Shown: positions 41,055 to 53,334, counted from the whole stretch's first letter. The stretch is DNA of 61,591 bases, filler included, from Squatina squatina (GCA_031763465.1; 4 parts of 4 records of this genome joined end to end with filler, not necessarily neighbours in it); one strand, 5' to 3'. The notes: a model not told the origin generated them from the letters alone. Translations and numbers: made by a program.

Positions 41055-42640
41055 ATTGTTATTCGCTGCTGGGATGTGCGTGTTGCTGGCACGGCCATCA
41101 TTTATTTCCCATCCCGAATTCCCCTTGGAAAGGTAGTGATGAGAATCCTTCTTGACCAACTGCAGTCCTTGCTGTGAAGGAACTCCCACAGTGTTCTTCG
41201 GAAGAGAGTTCCAAGGATTTGAGCCAGTGATGAGTAAGGACCAGCAGTAACCTTCCAATTCAGGATGGCATGTGCCTGGAATGGTAACTCAGTGGTGGTG
41301 CTGTTCCCAGGCATCTGTTGCCTTTGTTCTATTAGTTGGTAGGTGCCGTGAATTTGGAGAGTTGCTGTAGTGCATCTTGCAGTTGGCACTCACTGCAGCC
41401 ACAGTGTGCCAGAGGTGCAGGGAGTGAATGTTTAAGGTCACGGAAGTGGTGCCCATCAATACTGCTTTTTCCAGGATGCTGTCGAGATTCTTGTGTATTG
41501 ATGCAGCTGCACTGATCCAGCAAATTGGAAAAATGTCATCATGTTCCTGACTTTTGCCTTGTCGATGATGGACAGGCTTTGATGAATTAGAAGATAAGAC
41601 ACTCGCCGCAGGATACCCAGCCTTTGAACTACTCTCGCAGCCACAGTGTTTATACGAGTGTTCCAGTTAAGTTTAAGGGCAAGGTTGACACCAAGGATGT
41701 AGATGGTTTGGGGATTCAGCGATAGAATTGCAAATGAATATCGAGGGGCGGTGGTAAGACTCTCGCTTGTTGGATACAGTAATTGGCTGGCACTTTGTGA
41801 CGTGAATATTAATTGCCACTTACCATCCCATCCTGGATGTTGTCCAGGTCTTGCTGCATGCGGGCATGGACTGCTTCATTATCTGAGGAGTTGCCAATGG
41901 CACTGAACAATGGGCAGTCATCAGTGAACATTCCCATTTCTGAACGTATGATGGAAGGTAAGTCATTGATGAAGCAGGTGAAGATGTTTGGCCCTGGGGC
42001 ACTGCCCTGAGGAACTCCTGCAAAAATGCCCGGGGGCTCTCATGAATAACCTCCAAACACAAAAACGATCTTCTTTTGTGCGAGGTATGTACCCAGTCAC
42101 TGGTGAGTTTCCCCCTGATTCCCATTACCTTCAGGTTTAACAGGGCTCCCTGAGTCCGCACTCGATCAAATGCTGCTTTGATGTCAAGAGCATTTACTCT
42201 GACCTCACATGTGGAATTCTGTCCAAGTTTGGAACAAGGATGTAATGAGGTCGGGGGCTAAGTTGACGTAGCGGAACCCAAACTGGGGACTGCTGAGCAG
42301 TTTATTGGTGAGAAACTGGAGCTTAATAGCACTGTCTATGAAAAGTTCCGTCATATTGCTGATGATTGAGAGAGGACTGACGGGGCAGTAATTAGCTGGA
42401 TTGGATTTGACCTGTTTTTTGTGGACAGGACATACCTGGTCTGGTTTCACATTGTTGAATGGATGCCAGTGTTGTAGCTGTATTGGAAGATCTTAGCAAG
42501 AAGCACGGCTAAATCTGGGGTACTTGCCTTGTGGACGATAACTTGGATGTTGCCAGGGCACATTGCATTTGCTGCATCCAGTTTGCTCAGCCGTTTCTTG
42601 ATGCCATGTGGAGTGAATTGAATTTGCTCGAGACGAGCTT
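41055..42640 (-). mobile_element. Decayed non-LTR retrotransposon (CR1/L2-group, second family): RT and 3' end
   Basis: Minus-strand pieces QVCPVHKKQVKSNPANYCPVSPLSIIS, QGALLNLKVMGIRGK, GVPQGSAPGP..F.CFINDL....GMFTDDC and QRLGILRRV; many stops and frameshifts. Confidence 0.8.
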
Positions 42641-42644
42641 CTGC

Positions 42645-42790
42645 GATAGAAACAAATAAACATAGATAATAGAAGCAGTATTAGGGTAATCGATTCCTCG
42701 GGCCGACCCCGCCATTCAATATGATCATGGCTGATCCACTGGCTCAATAACATAGTCCTGCTTTCTCACACATATAGCGTGATGCCTTTA
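42645..42790 (-). mobile_element. CR1 3' UTR fragment
   Basis: CCGCCATTCAATATGATCATGGCTGATC with an ATAGAAAC-type tail in reverse orientation. Confidence 0.7.
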
Positions 42791-42944
42791 TATCATCAAA
42801 TATATTATTTCTCCTTCTGACTATGATGGGGACCCCAGTAGGAGACAAATGGGGATCAGCTCCTCGACCTTTCTCGCTGAAGTTGTTCGCAAATTCTTCA
42901 GACTTGTCATTTCAATCCACGTCACTGATGATGGGGATATGCAT

Positions 42945-43945
42945 TAAACAAAACAAGAAAAACTCCCAAAGAAAAAAGTAAACAAAGAATGGCAAAAAAA
43001 ATCAAGTAAGAAAAATCAGAAAGACAAAATGGCCAGAAATATACAAACAAAGAACAAATCCAAGAAAGCATGAACGAAAGAAAAGAAAGATCATGTAAGA
43101 AATACAGAGAAAAGAAGTAGGAGAGAAAGAAAAATAGAAAATAAACATAGAAAGTAAGCAAAAATGAAGAGAGAAAGAAAGAAACAAGAAAAACGAAGTA
43201 ATAATTAAAGCAAGCAGGAAAAAAAGATATAAAGAATGAATAAGAATGAAGGAACGATTGAAAGCAAACAGAGAGATAGAATGGAAAAAGTAAAAAAAAG
43301 AATAATAAAATAAACAATCGAGAAAGATCGAAAAAAAATGAGAGAAAGAAAAATGGAAGAAAGATGAAAGAAAGAAACTAAGCAAGAAACAAATGAAATT
43401 AACAAAAAAATAACCAACATTGATAGAAAGGAGAGAAGCAACAAAAGAAAGAAACTGGGAGAGAAAGAAAGAACAAATGATCGAAAAAAGAAACAAAACG
43501 AAGGATATGAAAAGGCAAGAAAGCAGGAAAGAGAAAAATAAGGAGAGAATGAAACAAAGGTAGAAATAAAGCTCGACTGAAAGAAGGAACGAATGTAAGT
43601 AAAAAAGAAAGAAGGAAAGACGGAAGGAAAAAAAGATAAAAGCAATCAAGAAAAAATGCAAAAGGAAAAAGAAGGAAAGAAAAGGAATCAATAAAAAAAG
43701 GCAAAAAATGACGTACCTTGGAAAAAGAAAGAGAGAACGAAGGAAGGATAGATAAAAGGAAGAATGGAAGGAAGAAAAGAGCGGAAAGGTTGGAATAGGA
43801 AAAGAAAGAAGGATAAAAGTTAGAAAAAAGGAATGAAAGAGCAAACAAAGGAAGAAAGAATGGAAGAAGGAAAGAAAAGAATAGGAAAGAAAGAATGGAG
43901 GGAAAAAAGAAAGAAAGAACACAATATAAAAAGGAAAGAAGTGAA
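42945..43945. repeat. Long degenerate GA-rich (GAAA-type) low-complexity block
   Basis: Strongly purine-rich on the plus strand. Produces the F/L/S-rich pseudo-ORFs on the minus strand. Confidence 0.95.
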
Positions 43946-44199
43946 GTGTAAGAATCGGGCCAAAATGGTGTGTTTTAAGATCAGAAAACCGGAACCACGC
44001 AACAAGGGACCAATGGGTGGACATGGGTCAGGAATTTAAAAACACAGACCACTAACCGGCAGGCACTGAATTACTGCAAAACTCTGTCAATCAAAGAGAC
44101 AATTCAATTAACTGTCAATCAATTAGACATTCCAGCTCCGGGGGCTGGAGGCACCTGTACTTTTAAACGACCAAGGAATTCCCCCACCTCACATTCCAC

Positions 44200-45695
44200 G
44201 GTGTCCTCAGGGGACACCTCAGCGTATTCGCCAAACACAAGCACAGTTGCTGGGGGACTGACTGGGGTGGAGGTCCGGATAGAGGGGGAGCCGATCTCCA
44301 GACCTATCTGGGAGTATAGTTTCCCCCGAGAGGCCGAAGCAGATTTGGCCACCACCCTCGGGTCCCTGACCAGGCAGAGGGTTGTCAGGCCGATAGCAAC
44401 CCAGGTCAATTCCCCTCTCTGGCCGGTCCCAAAATGTCTCGTGGCGAGCAACCGCGGACTATCGGGTCCTGAATAAGAACCTCCCGGCTTGTGCACCCAC
44501 CGTGGCCCTTGTGGCCGATTTGATAGGGACCATCCCCGACACCACCACAGTCTTTTCGGTACTGGATATCTCTAACGGGTTTTGGTTCAACCCGCTGCGC
44601 CGAGAAGACCAGTCGAAATTTGCAATTACGTTCCAGGGCCAACAGTCTACATGGAGGTGCCGTCCACGAGGCTTCCACAACAGTCCGTCCATATTTCGGC
44701 AGAGTATGGTGAACACGTTAATGTCATTCAGCCAGCCTGCCCAGCTGGTGATGAATGTGGACGAACTCTTGTTGTTCACTGAATCCGAGGCGGAGCCTGT
44801 GCTATGCTGGAGGAGCTGCTGGAGTTGATCTCACAGAGTGTGTTGAACGTGAATGCTCAGAAGGCCCAACTGGTCAGAGGGAGGTGAAATTCCCGTTGCT
44901 GACGGTACGGGGAGGGGAGAGAGCAAACGATGAAGCCAGATGGGAAACTGTACAGCAGTTACCCAAACGCAGGGATGTGATGTGGATTAGGTCCTTCCTG
45001 TGGCTGACTTCATCCAGGGCTATGCGGCAACAGTCGCACCTGTGCACTGCCTTCTGCATAAAGGTGTCGCCTGGTAATGGGATACATCCTGCCAGGACGC
45101 TTTTGAGCAATTGAATCGCGACCTGCAGAACGTCCCAGCCCTGGGAGCCATAAATGCAAAGGAGGAGGTCTTAGAGGTGGCTGCCAGTGAGGACAGCTTA
45201 GGAGCCGTGCTGATGCAGGAATGCCACAGCAAGTTGCCTCACGGCTAGTCACAGAAGCTGAGAAGAGTTAGTCGTACTGTGAATGGCACCTCCTCGCCAC
45301 GTACTGGGCAGTCAAGCGCCTTCAACCATTCCCGAGCCTTTCCTCCATCACCCTGCTCACCAAGCACAATTCGACAGCAATGTTGGTGGATGGGCGGATC
45401 AAGGAAGGGACCGTGAGCAGTGTGCACATAATGCGCTGGACCCTGCTCTTGGCCCAATACCCCATCCATGTCCAGGTGCTTGCGGAACTCCGGCTAGCTT
45501 TAAATTTATTGTATGTCGCAGACACACACACGTGTACAGTGGAGGGAGTGTGGGATCAAAATCTGGGATTTATTGCCGGATTATGTCCAAGGGGATGGGA
45601 CACATACATCGATGGGTCGAGCTCCGCATTTGAACGGAAGAGGCTCACTGGCTGCAGAATTTATGACCCTCAGGCCGGAGTGTCCAAGGCGATAA
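44200..45695 (+). mobile_element. Decayed endogenous retroviral pol fragment (RT, tether/first RNase H, start of second RNase H)
   Basis: Across frameshifts: VFAKHKHSC..; EYSFPREAEADLATTLGSLTRQRVVRPIATQVNSPLWPVPK; SWRATADYRVLNK; FSVLDISNGFW; FAITFQGQQSTW..RPRGFHNSPSIF; NVDELL (decayed YVDD); LEVAASEDSLGAVLMQ; SSVHIMRWTLLL; YIDGSS. Cut at the 3' end by a CR1 fragment. Confidence 0.85.
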
Positions 45696-45699
45696 TTAA

Positions 45700-46515
45700 T
45701 GACTTGGCCTCAACGGGCTTCTGAGGTCGAGAGTTCCACAGGTTGGCCAACGTCTGAGTGAAGAAATGTCTCCTCATCTCAGTTATAAATGGCATGCCCT
45801 ATATGCTGAAACTATGATCCCTGGTTCCAGGCTCACCAGCCAGGTGAAACATCCTCCCTGCATCAAATCTGTCCAGTCCTGTCAGAAGTTTATAAGTATC
45901 AGTAATTTCCCTCTGATTCTTCTGAACTCTCGAGGATACAGGCCCAGTCGACCTAATTTCACCTCACACGACAGTCCTGCCATCCCAGGAATGAGTCTGC
46001 TGAACATTCGCTGCAATCCCTCCATCATAAGAATAAGCTTCCTCAGATAATGAGATAAAAACTGCACGCAATGCTTCAGGTATCGTCTCGCCAAGACCCT
46101 ATATAATTGCAGGAAGACATCATTGCTCTTGTCGTCAAATTCTCTCGCAATGAAGGGCAGCACACTTTTTGCCTTCCTGACTGCTTGCTACAGCTGTCAG
46201 TTTAATTTCTGTGACTGGCGTACAAGGACACCCAGGTCGCTTTGTTCCGCCACATTTCCCAATCTATCACCATGCAGAAAATAACCGGCATTTCTGTTAT
46301 TCTTACCAAAGTGGGTAACCTCACATTTTTCCCCGTTATACTGCATGTATTTGCCCACTCACACAAGTTGTCTAAATGGCCTTGTAACCTCTTTGCATCC
46401 TCCTCACTACACATATTCCCACACAATTAACTGGCTTCTGCAAACTTGGAAATATTACATTTAGTTTCATCAACCAAAATATTGACACATATTGTGAATA
46501 GCTGGAGCCCAAGCA
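45700..46515 (-). mobile_element. CR1 LINE ORF2 fragment
   Basis: Minus strand CSEEDAKRLQGHLDNLCEWAN; LQLYRVLARRYLKHCVQF..LIPGMAGLS.EVKLGRLGLY..EFRRIRG. Confidence 0.85.
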
Positions 46516-46519
46516 ATGA

Positions 46520-47270
46520 TCCTACTTGTTCCAGATGATGATGGGAATCTCAGGCGTCGACTGATATGGAACATCCACTCGGCATTTCTGGCTGAAGATT
46601 GTTACAAATACATCAGCCTTGTCTCTCACACTCATCTGCTAGGCCCATCGAGGAAGGGGATATTCATGGAGCCTCCTCCTCCTCTTAGTTGTTTAATAGT
46701 CCACCACCATTCACAACTGGATGTGACATGGCTGCAGAACATTGACCTGATCCATTGATTCTGTGAATGTATGCTTCTTCCACTTTTTAGCATGAATATT
46801 GTCCTGTCTTGCATCTTCCCTAGGTGGGCTCTTCATATTTTGGTAGGCCTGGTGCTGTTCCTGCCATGCTCTTCTCCATTCCTTCTATCGGTAGACTGGT
46901 GAGGACGAGATGAAGCAGGCTTTTCCATCGTGTTGGCTATCTCACCATCTGTACAATGCGCCAACAGGCAGCAACATCAATCAGGACACGGCCAGCTCAG
47001 TCAGTTATGCTGCTATCGAGCCACTCTTGGTGATGGACATTGAAGTCCCACACCAAAGTACATTCTGTGCCGTTGCTCAACTTAATTCTTATTCCAAGTG
47101 GTGTTCAACATAGACGAATACTGGTTCATTAGCTGAGGGAGGATGGTAGGAGGTAATCAGGAAGTGGTTTCCTTGCCAATGTTTGATCTGAACCCAGGAG
47201 AATTCTTGGTGGGCGGAGTCCATGTTGATGACTCGCACGGCTACACGTTTCAGATTATAATGGACCCGGC
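46520..47270 (-). mobile_element. Non-LTR retrotransposon fragment, probably the family of 41055-42640 (EN/linker region)
   Basis: Minus strand QNQWIRSMFCSHVTSSCEWWWTIKQLRGGGGSMNIPFLDG, and a WGT-SMS/GDFN-like endonuclease motif near 47040-47055. Confidence 0.6.
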
Positions 47271-47314
47271 GACATGTGCTTTATGTTTGCTCACGAATCT
47301 CTTGTGTGGGATCG

Positions 47315-47490
47315 TCTGAAAATCCAAATACGCTACATCTACTGGTTCCGCTCAATACAATCTACTAGTTACTTCCTCCAAAAATTCCAAAACAGTTGTC
47401 AAACAGGATTTCCCTTTCATAAATCCATGCTGACTTTGACAAATCATGGCACTGCTTTCCAAATTTGCTGCTATTACATCTTTAATAAAC
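47315..47490 (-). mobile_element. CR1 RT fragment, paralogous to 48885-49062
   Basis: IKDVIAANLESSAMICQSQHGFMKGKSCLTTVLEFLEEVTSRL. Confidence 0.85.
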
Positions 47491-47497
47491 GACAACT

Positions 47498-47737
47498 GCA
47501 GCAGCAAGAGCAGGAGGGGCAGTGGCGAGCAGTATAACCAGCACGGGGCCCACAGAGAGGCCTCAGACACGGCGACAGCAGCAGCGAGCGGAGGAGGGGC
47601 AGCAGAGAGCAGTAAAAACAGCGCGAGAACCACAGAGAGGCCTCAGACACGGAAACAGCAGCAGCGAGAGGACGAGGGGCAGTGGCGAGCAGTATAACCA
47701 GCGCAGTGCCCACAGAGAGGCCTCAGCACCGGCAACA
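47498..47737 (+). repeat. 80-bp monomer array, 3 copies
   Basis: CCTCAG anchors at 47561, 47641 and 47721. Unit GCAGCAGCGAGAGGAGGAGGGGCAGTGGCGAGCAGTATAACCAGCACGGGGCCCACAGAGAGGCCTCAGACACGGCGACA. Confidence 0.92.
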
Positions 47738-49062
47738 CAGAAACATAGAACATAGCAAATAGGTGCAGAAGTAGGCCATTCGGCCCTTCGAGCCTCCACC
47801 GATATTCAACACGATTATGGCTGATCTTTCAACTCAGCTTCATGTACCTTCTTTCTCTCCATACCCGCTGATCCCCCTAGCCATAAGGGCGACACCTAAC
47901 TCCCTTTTGAACATAGCTAATGAACTGGCCTCAACAGCTTCCTGTTGTAGAGAGTTCCACCGGTTCAACACTCTCTGGGTGAAAAAGTTTTTCCTTATCT
48001 CGGTCCTAAATGGCTTCCCCATTATGTTCATACTGCGACCCATGTTTCTGGACGTTCCCAACATCGAGAACATTCTTCCTGCATCCAGCCTGTCCAATCC
48101 CTTAAAAATGTTACAGATTTCTATTTGATCCCCTCTCATTCTTCTAAATTCCAGTGAAAATAAGCCCAGTCGATCCAATCTTTCTTCATATGTCAGTCCT
48201 GCCATCAGAGGAATCAATCTGGTGGACGTTCACTGCACGTCTCAATAGCAAGAATGTCCTTCCTCAGAATAGCAGAACAAAACTGCACACAATATTACAG
48301 GTGTGGTCTGACCAAGGCCTTGTACAACTGCAGTCGGACCTCCCTGCTCCTTTACTCAACTCCTCTTGCTATGAATGCCAACATGCCATTTGCTTTATGC
48401 TGTACCTCCAAAACTACTTTAAATGACTGATGTACAACGACACCAAGGTCTCGTTGCACGTCCCCTTTTCATAATCAGTCAAAATTCAGATAATTATCTG
48501 CCTTCTTGTTCTTGCCACCAAAGTGGATAATCTCACGTTTATCCACATGTTACTGCATCTGCCATCTATCTGCCTACTCACCTAAACGATCCAAGTCACC
48601 CTGCAGCCTCATTGCATCCTCCTCGCCCTGCCACCCCGCTTCGTGTCATCCGCAAACTTGGAAATATTACATTCAATTCCTTTGTCCAAATCAGTAATAT
48701 ATATTGTAAATAACTGGGGTCCCAGCACTGAGCCTTGCGGCACCCAACTAGTCACTGCCTGCCGTTCTGAAAAGGACCTGTTTGCAAACCAGTCTTCCTG
48801 TCTGCAAACCAGTTCGCTATCCACGTCAATACATTATCCCCAATACCATGTGCTTTAGGTTTGCACACTAATCTCTTTTGTGAGACCTTCTGAAAATCCA
48901 AAAACACCACATCCACTGGTTCCCCACTATCCAATCTACTAGTTACATCCTCAAAAAATTCCAAAACATTTGTCAAACAGGATTTCCCTTTCATAAATCC
49001 ATGCTGACTTTGACAGATCATGGCACTGCTTTCCAAATGTGCGGCTATTACATCTTTAACAA
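47738..49062 (-). mobile_element. 5'-truncated CR1 LINE (RT to 3' tail)
   Basis: QHGFMKGKSCLTNVLEFFEDVT..VDVVFLDFQK; [23 protein letters not shown]; FFTQRVLNRWNSL; 3' UTR and TTCTATG-type tail at 47740-47760. Confidence 0.92.
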
Positions 49063-49067
49063 CTGAC

Positions 49068-49500
49068 ACCAGCAGCAGCGAGAGGAGGAGGGGCAGTGGC
49101 AAGCAGTATAACCAGCACGGTGCACACACAGATAAGCCTCAGACACAGCGACAGCTGCAGGGAGAGGAGGAGGGGCAGCGGCGAGCAATAAAAACAGTCC
49201 GGGGCCCACATAGAGGCCTCAGCCCCAAAGACAGCTGCAGGGTGAGGGGGAGGGTCATCAGCGAGCAGTATAAACTGTGCAGAGCCCACAGAGAGGCCTC
49301 AGACTTGGCGACAGCAGCAGCGAGTGGAGGAGGGGCAGCGGCGAGCAATTTACACAGCCCGGGTCCTACAGAGATGGCTCAGTCACGGCGACAACATCAG
49401 TGAGAGGAGGAGGGACAGCAGCGAGCATTATCAATAGTGTGGGGCTCACAGAGATGCCTCAGACCCAGCGACAATAGCAGCGAGCAGACACAGGGCAGCG
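49068..49500 (+). repeat. 80-bp monomer array, ~5.3 copies, in the putative CR1 5' UTR
   Basis: Anchors at 49137, 49217, 49297, 49377 and 49457 give an exact 80-nt period. Same unit as 47498-47737. Confidence 0.92.
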
Positions 49501-52500
49501 GCTAAACCCCACCATAGACCAGCGGCGCATTCCAGACCGACATCATGATTCAATAATTGACACGGGCATGAGGAGGCAGCTTATTGATGAGTGCCATCTG
49601 GTGAGTATTTATACTGCTCTTTAGTTTGACAGTTAAGGCTAATAGTTGATAAGTTGCAGAATGTCTTTAATTTGTGGTTGTGATTGTGGTGCGAAGGGCC
49701 ATTAATTAATTAATACAACTTAATTGATGGTAATTAGTGGGCCTTGATTTCAGTTAATTAAAGGGTAATTCATGTCAGGAGAGCTCGGCCCAGTAGCATG
49801 CTCCTCCTGTGCTTTGTGGGAAATCAGGGACACTTCCAGTGCCCCTGACGACCATGTGTGCAGGAAGTGTATCCAGCTGCAGCTCCTGGCAGACGAGTTG
49901 GCACAGATGGAGCTGTGGATGGATTCACTCTGGAGAATCCGCGAAGCTGAGGATGTCGTGGATAGCACGTTTAGGGAGTTGGTCACACCGCAGTTGAAGG
50001 TTACACGGGCAGAAGGGCAATGGGTGACCGTTAGGCAGTGTGGAAGAAGGCAGGTAGCACAGGAGTCCCCTGCGGTCATCTCCCTCCAAAACAGATATAC
50101 CACTTTGGACCGTGTTGGGGGAGATGGCTGATCAGGGGAAGGTAGCAGCAGCCAAGCTCCTGGCACCATGGGTGGCTCTGCTGCACAAGAGGGGCAGAAA
50201 AAGAGCAGGAGAGCTACAGTGGTCGGGGATTCGATTGTAAGGGGAATAGATAGGCATATCTGTGGCCGCAAACGCGACTCCAGGATGGTATATTGCCTCA
50301 CTGATCCAAGGATCTAGGATTTCTCGGAGTGGCTGCAGGGCATTCCGGAGGGGGAGGGTGAACAGCCAGTTGACGTGGTGCACATAGGTACAAATGATAT
50401 AGGCAAAAAACGGGATGAGATCATACAAGATGAATTTAGGGAGTTATGAGATAAATTAAAAAGTAGGACCTCAAAGTTAATAATCTCTGGTTTACTACCA
50501 GTGCAACGAACTTGTCAGAGTAGAACGAGCAGGATATTTCACGAGAATTTGTGGCTTGAGAACTGTTGCAAGTGGGAGGTATTCAAATTCCTGGGACATT
50601 GGAACCGGTTCTAGGGGACGTGGAACCAGTACAAACCGGATGGTCTGCACCTGGGCAGGACTGGAACTTGTGTCCTCGGGGGAGTGTTCGCCAGTGCTTT
50701 AGGGGGAGGGTTTAAACTAATATGGCAGGGGGATGAGAAGAAATGCAGGGAGACAGAGGCACATAAACAGGTTGCAGATGCAAAAAGTAGGGAGCAGAAA
50801 AGGAGACTAAGAAGGAGAGGGATAGAGTTAATACAGAGACAAGTGTCCTGAATTTAAAGAAAGGTAACTTCGATGGAATGAGACGTGGTTTCGCTGGGAT
50901 AGACTAGCGAATGACACTTGAAGGGCTGATGTTGGATATGCAATGGCAAACATTTAAAGATCACGTTGATGAACTGCAACAATTGTTCATCCCTGTCTGG
51001 CGTAGAAAATAAAATAGGGAAAATGGCTCATATTTGGATAAAAAGGGAAATTAGGGACAGTATCATATCCAAGGAAGAGCCATACAAATTGGCCAGAAAA
51101 TGCAGCAAACCTGGGGACTGGGAGAAGATTAGAGTTCAGCAGAGGAGGACGCAGGATTTAATTAGGAGGGAGAAAATAGAGCATGAGAGTAAGCTTGCAG
51201 GGAACATAAAAACGGACTATGAAAGCTTCCATAGATATGTGAAGATAAAAAGATTAATGGAGACAAATGTAGTTCCCTTGCATTCAGAAACAGGTGAAAA
51301 CTTAATGGGGAACAAAGAAGTGGCAGACAAATTGAACAATGACTTTGGTTCTGTCTTCAACAAGGATGATACAAATAACTTCCTGGAGATATTAGAGGAC
51401 CGAGCGTCTTGCGAGATTGAGAACGGAAAGAAATCCACAATAGTCAGGAAATGGTGTTTGGTAAATTGTTGGGATTGAAGGCAGATAAGTCCCCAGGACC
51501 TGATGGTCTGCATCCCAGAGTATTGAAGGAAGCAGCCCCAGAAATAGTGGATGCATTGGTGAAAATTTTGCAGCAATCTATTGCTTCTAGATCATTTCCT
51601 GTGGATTGGAGGGTAGCTAATGTCACCCCACTTTTTTAAAAAAGGAGGGAGTGAGAAAATAGGGAATTATTGAGCAGTTAGCCTGACATCGGTAGTGTGG
51701 AAGATGCTGGAGACGATTATTAAAGATGTAATAGCAGCGCGTTTGGAAAGCAGTGAGAGGATCAGTCAAAGACAGCATCAATTTATGAAAGGGAATCAGG
51801 TTTGACAAAACTTCTTGAAAATTTTGAGGATGTAACGAGTAGAGCGGATAAAGGAGAGTCAGTGGATGTGGTGTATTGACTGCCAGACGGCTTTTGACAA
51901 GGTCCCACACAAGAGATTAGTGTGCAAACTTAAAGCGCATGATATAGGTGGTAATGTATTGACGTGGATAGAGAACGGGTTGGCAGACAGGAAGCAAAGA
52001 ATAGGTATAAACAGATCTTTTTTTCAGAATGGCAGGCAGGGCCTAGTGGGGTACCGCAATGCTCAGTGCTGGGACCCCAGTTACTTACAATATATATTAA
52101 TGATTTAGATAAAGAAATTTAAAGTAACATCTCCACGTTTGCGGATGACTGGATGCTGGGTGGCAGTGTAAGCTGCGAGGAGGATCCTATGAGGCTGCAT
52201 GAGTAACTTGCATAGGTTAGGTGATTGGGCAGATGCATGGCAGATGTAGTAGAACGTGGATACATGTGAGGTTATCCACTTTGGTAGCAAAAACAGGAAA
52301 GCAGATTATTATCTGAATGGTGACACATTCGGAAAAGCGGAGGTGCAACGAGACCTGGGTGTCATTATTCAGCAGTTGTTGAAAGTAGGCATGCAGATAC
52401 AGCAGGCAGTGAAGAAAGCAAATGGCATGTTGGTCTTCAAAGCGACAGGTTTTGAGTTTTGGAGCAGGGAGTTCATACTGCAGCTGTGCACATACTATTT

Positions 52501-53078
52501 GAGTCCACTCCTGGAGTAGTGTTTGCAGTTCTGGTCTCCTCATCTGAGGAAGGACATTCTTGCTATTGAGGGATTGCAGCAAATGTTCCCCAATTTGATT
52601 CCTGGGATGGCAAAACTGAAATATGAAGAAATAATTGATCGACTAGGCTTATATTCACTGGCATTTAGAAGAATGAGAGAGGATCTTATAGAACCATAGA
52701 GAATTCTTAAAGGATTGGATAGGCTAGATGCAGGAAGAATGTTCCCGATGTTGGCGAAGTTTAGAACCAGGGTCCATAGTCTAAGAATAAGGGGAAAGCC
52801 GATTTGGAATGAGATGAGGAAAAATGTTTTCACCCAGAGAGTTGTGAATCTGTGGAATTCTCTACCACAAGAAGCTGTTGAGGCCAGTTCATTAGCTATA
52901 TTGAAAAGGGAGTTTGATGTGGCCCTTATGGCTAAATTGCTCAGGGGGTACGGATTGAAAGCAGGTACGGCGTACTGAGTTGAATGATCAGCCATGATCA
53001 TACTGAATGGCGGTGCAGTCTCGAAGGGCCGAATGGCCTATGCCTTCACCTATTTTCCACGGTTCTCTGCTTCTGTGT
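49068..53078 (+). mobile_element. Near full-length decayed CR1 LINE (zinc-finger/esterase ORF1; ORF2 RT; endonuclease deleted)
   Basis: ORF1 from ATG 49772: CSSC..WE..HVCRKC zinc finger and coiled coil, then SGNH esterase motifs VVGDSIVRG (~50220), HIGTNDI (~50381) and DGLHL (~50639). ORF2: KSPGPDGLHPRVLKE, DWRVANVTPLF, AFDKVPHKRL, FADD-like site, FTQRVVNLWNSLP. 3' UTR GGCCGAATGGCCTA. Many stops. Confidence 0.93.
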
Positions 53079-53334
53079 ACACCACTGTGCCGCCACCTCA
53101 GCTGTGTCTATCCTGGTAGTGGGAACGGAAACACCCAGAGATGGTAATGGAGGTGTCTGGGACATTAGGTGAAAGGTATAAATCTGTGAATATGACTATG
53201 CCAGGCTGTTGCTTGACTAGTCTGTGGGACAGCTCTCCCAATTTTGACGGAATATCCCAGAAGTTGTTGAGGAGGAATTTGCAGGGTCGACTGGGCTGAG
53301 TGTGCCTTTTTCGAATCCATTGCTGGTGCCAAAA

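Noticed and set aside
47738-53078. Twin-priming 5' inversion of a single CR1 insertion
   Set aside because: The inverted piece duplicates sequence that is also present in the forward element and has its own 3' tail, which twin priming does not produce.
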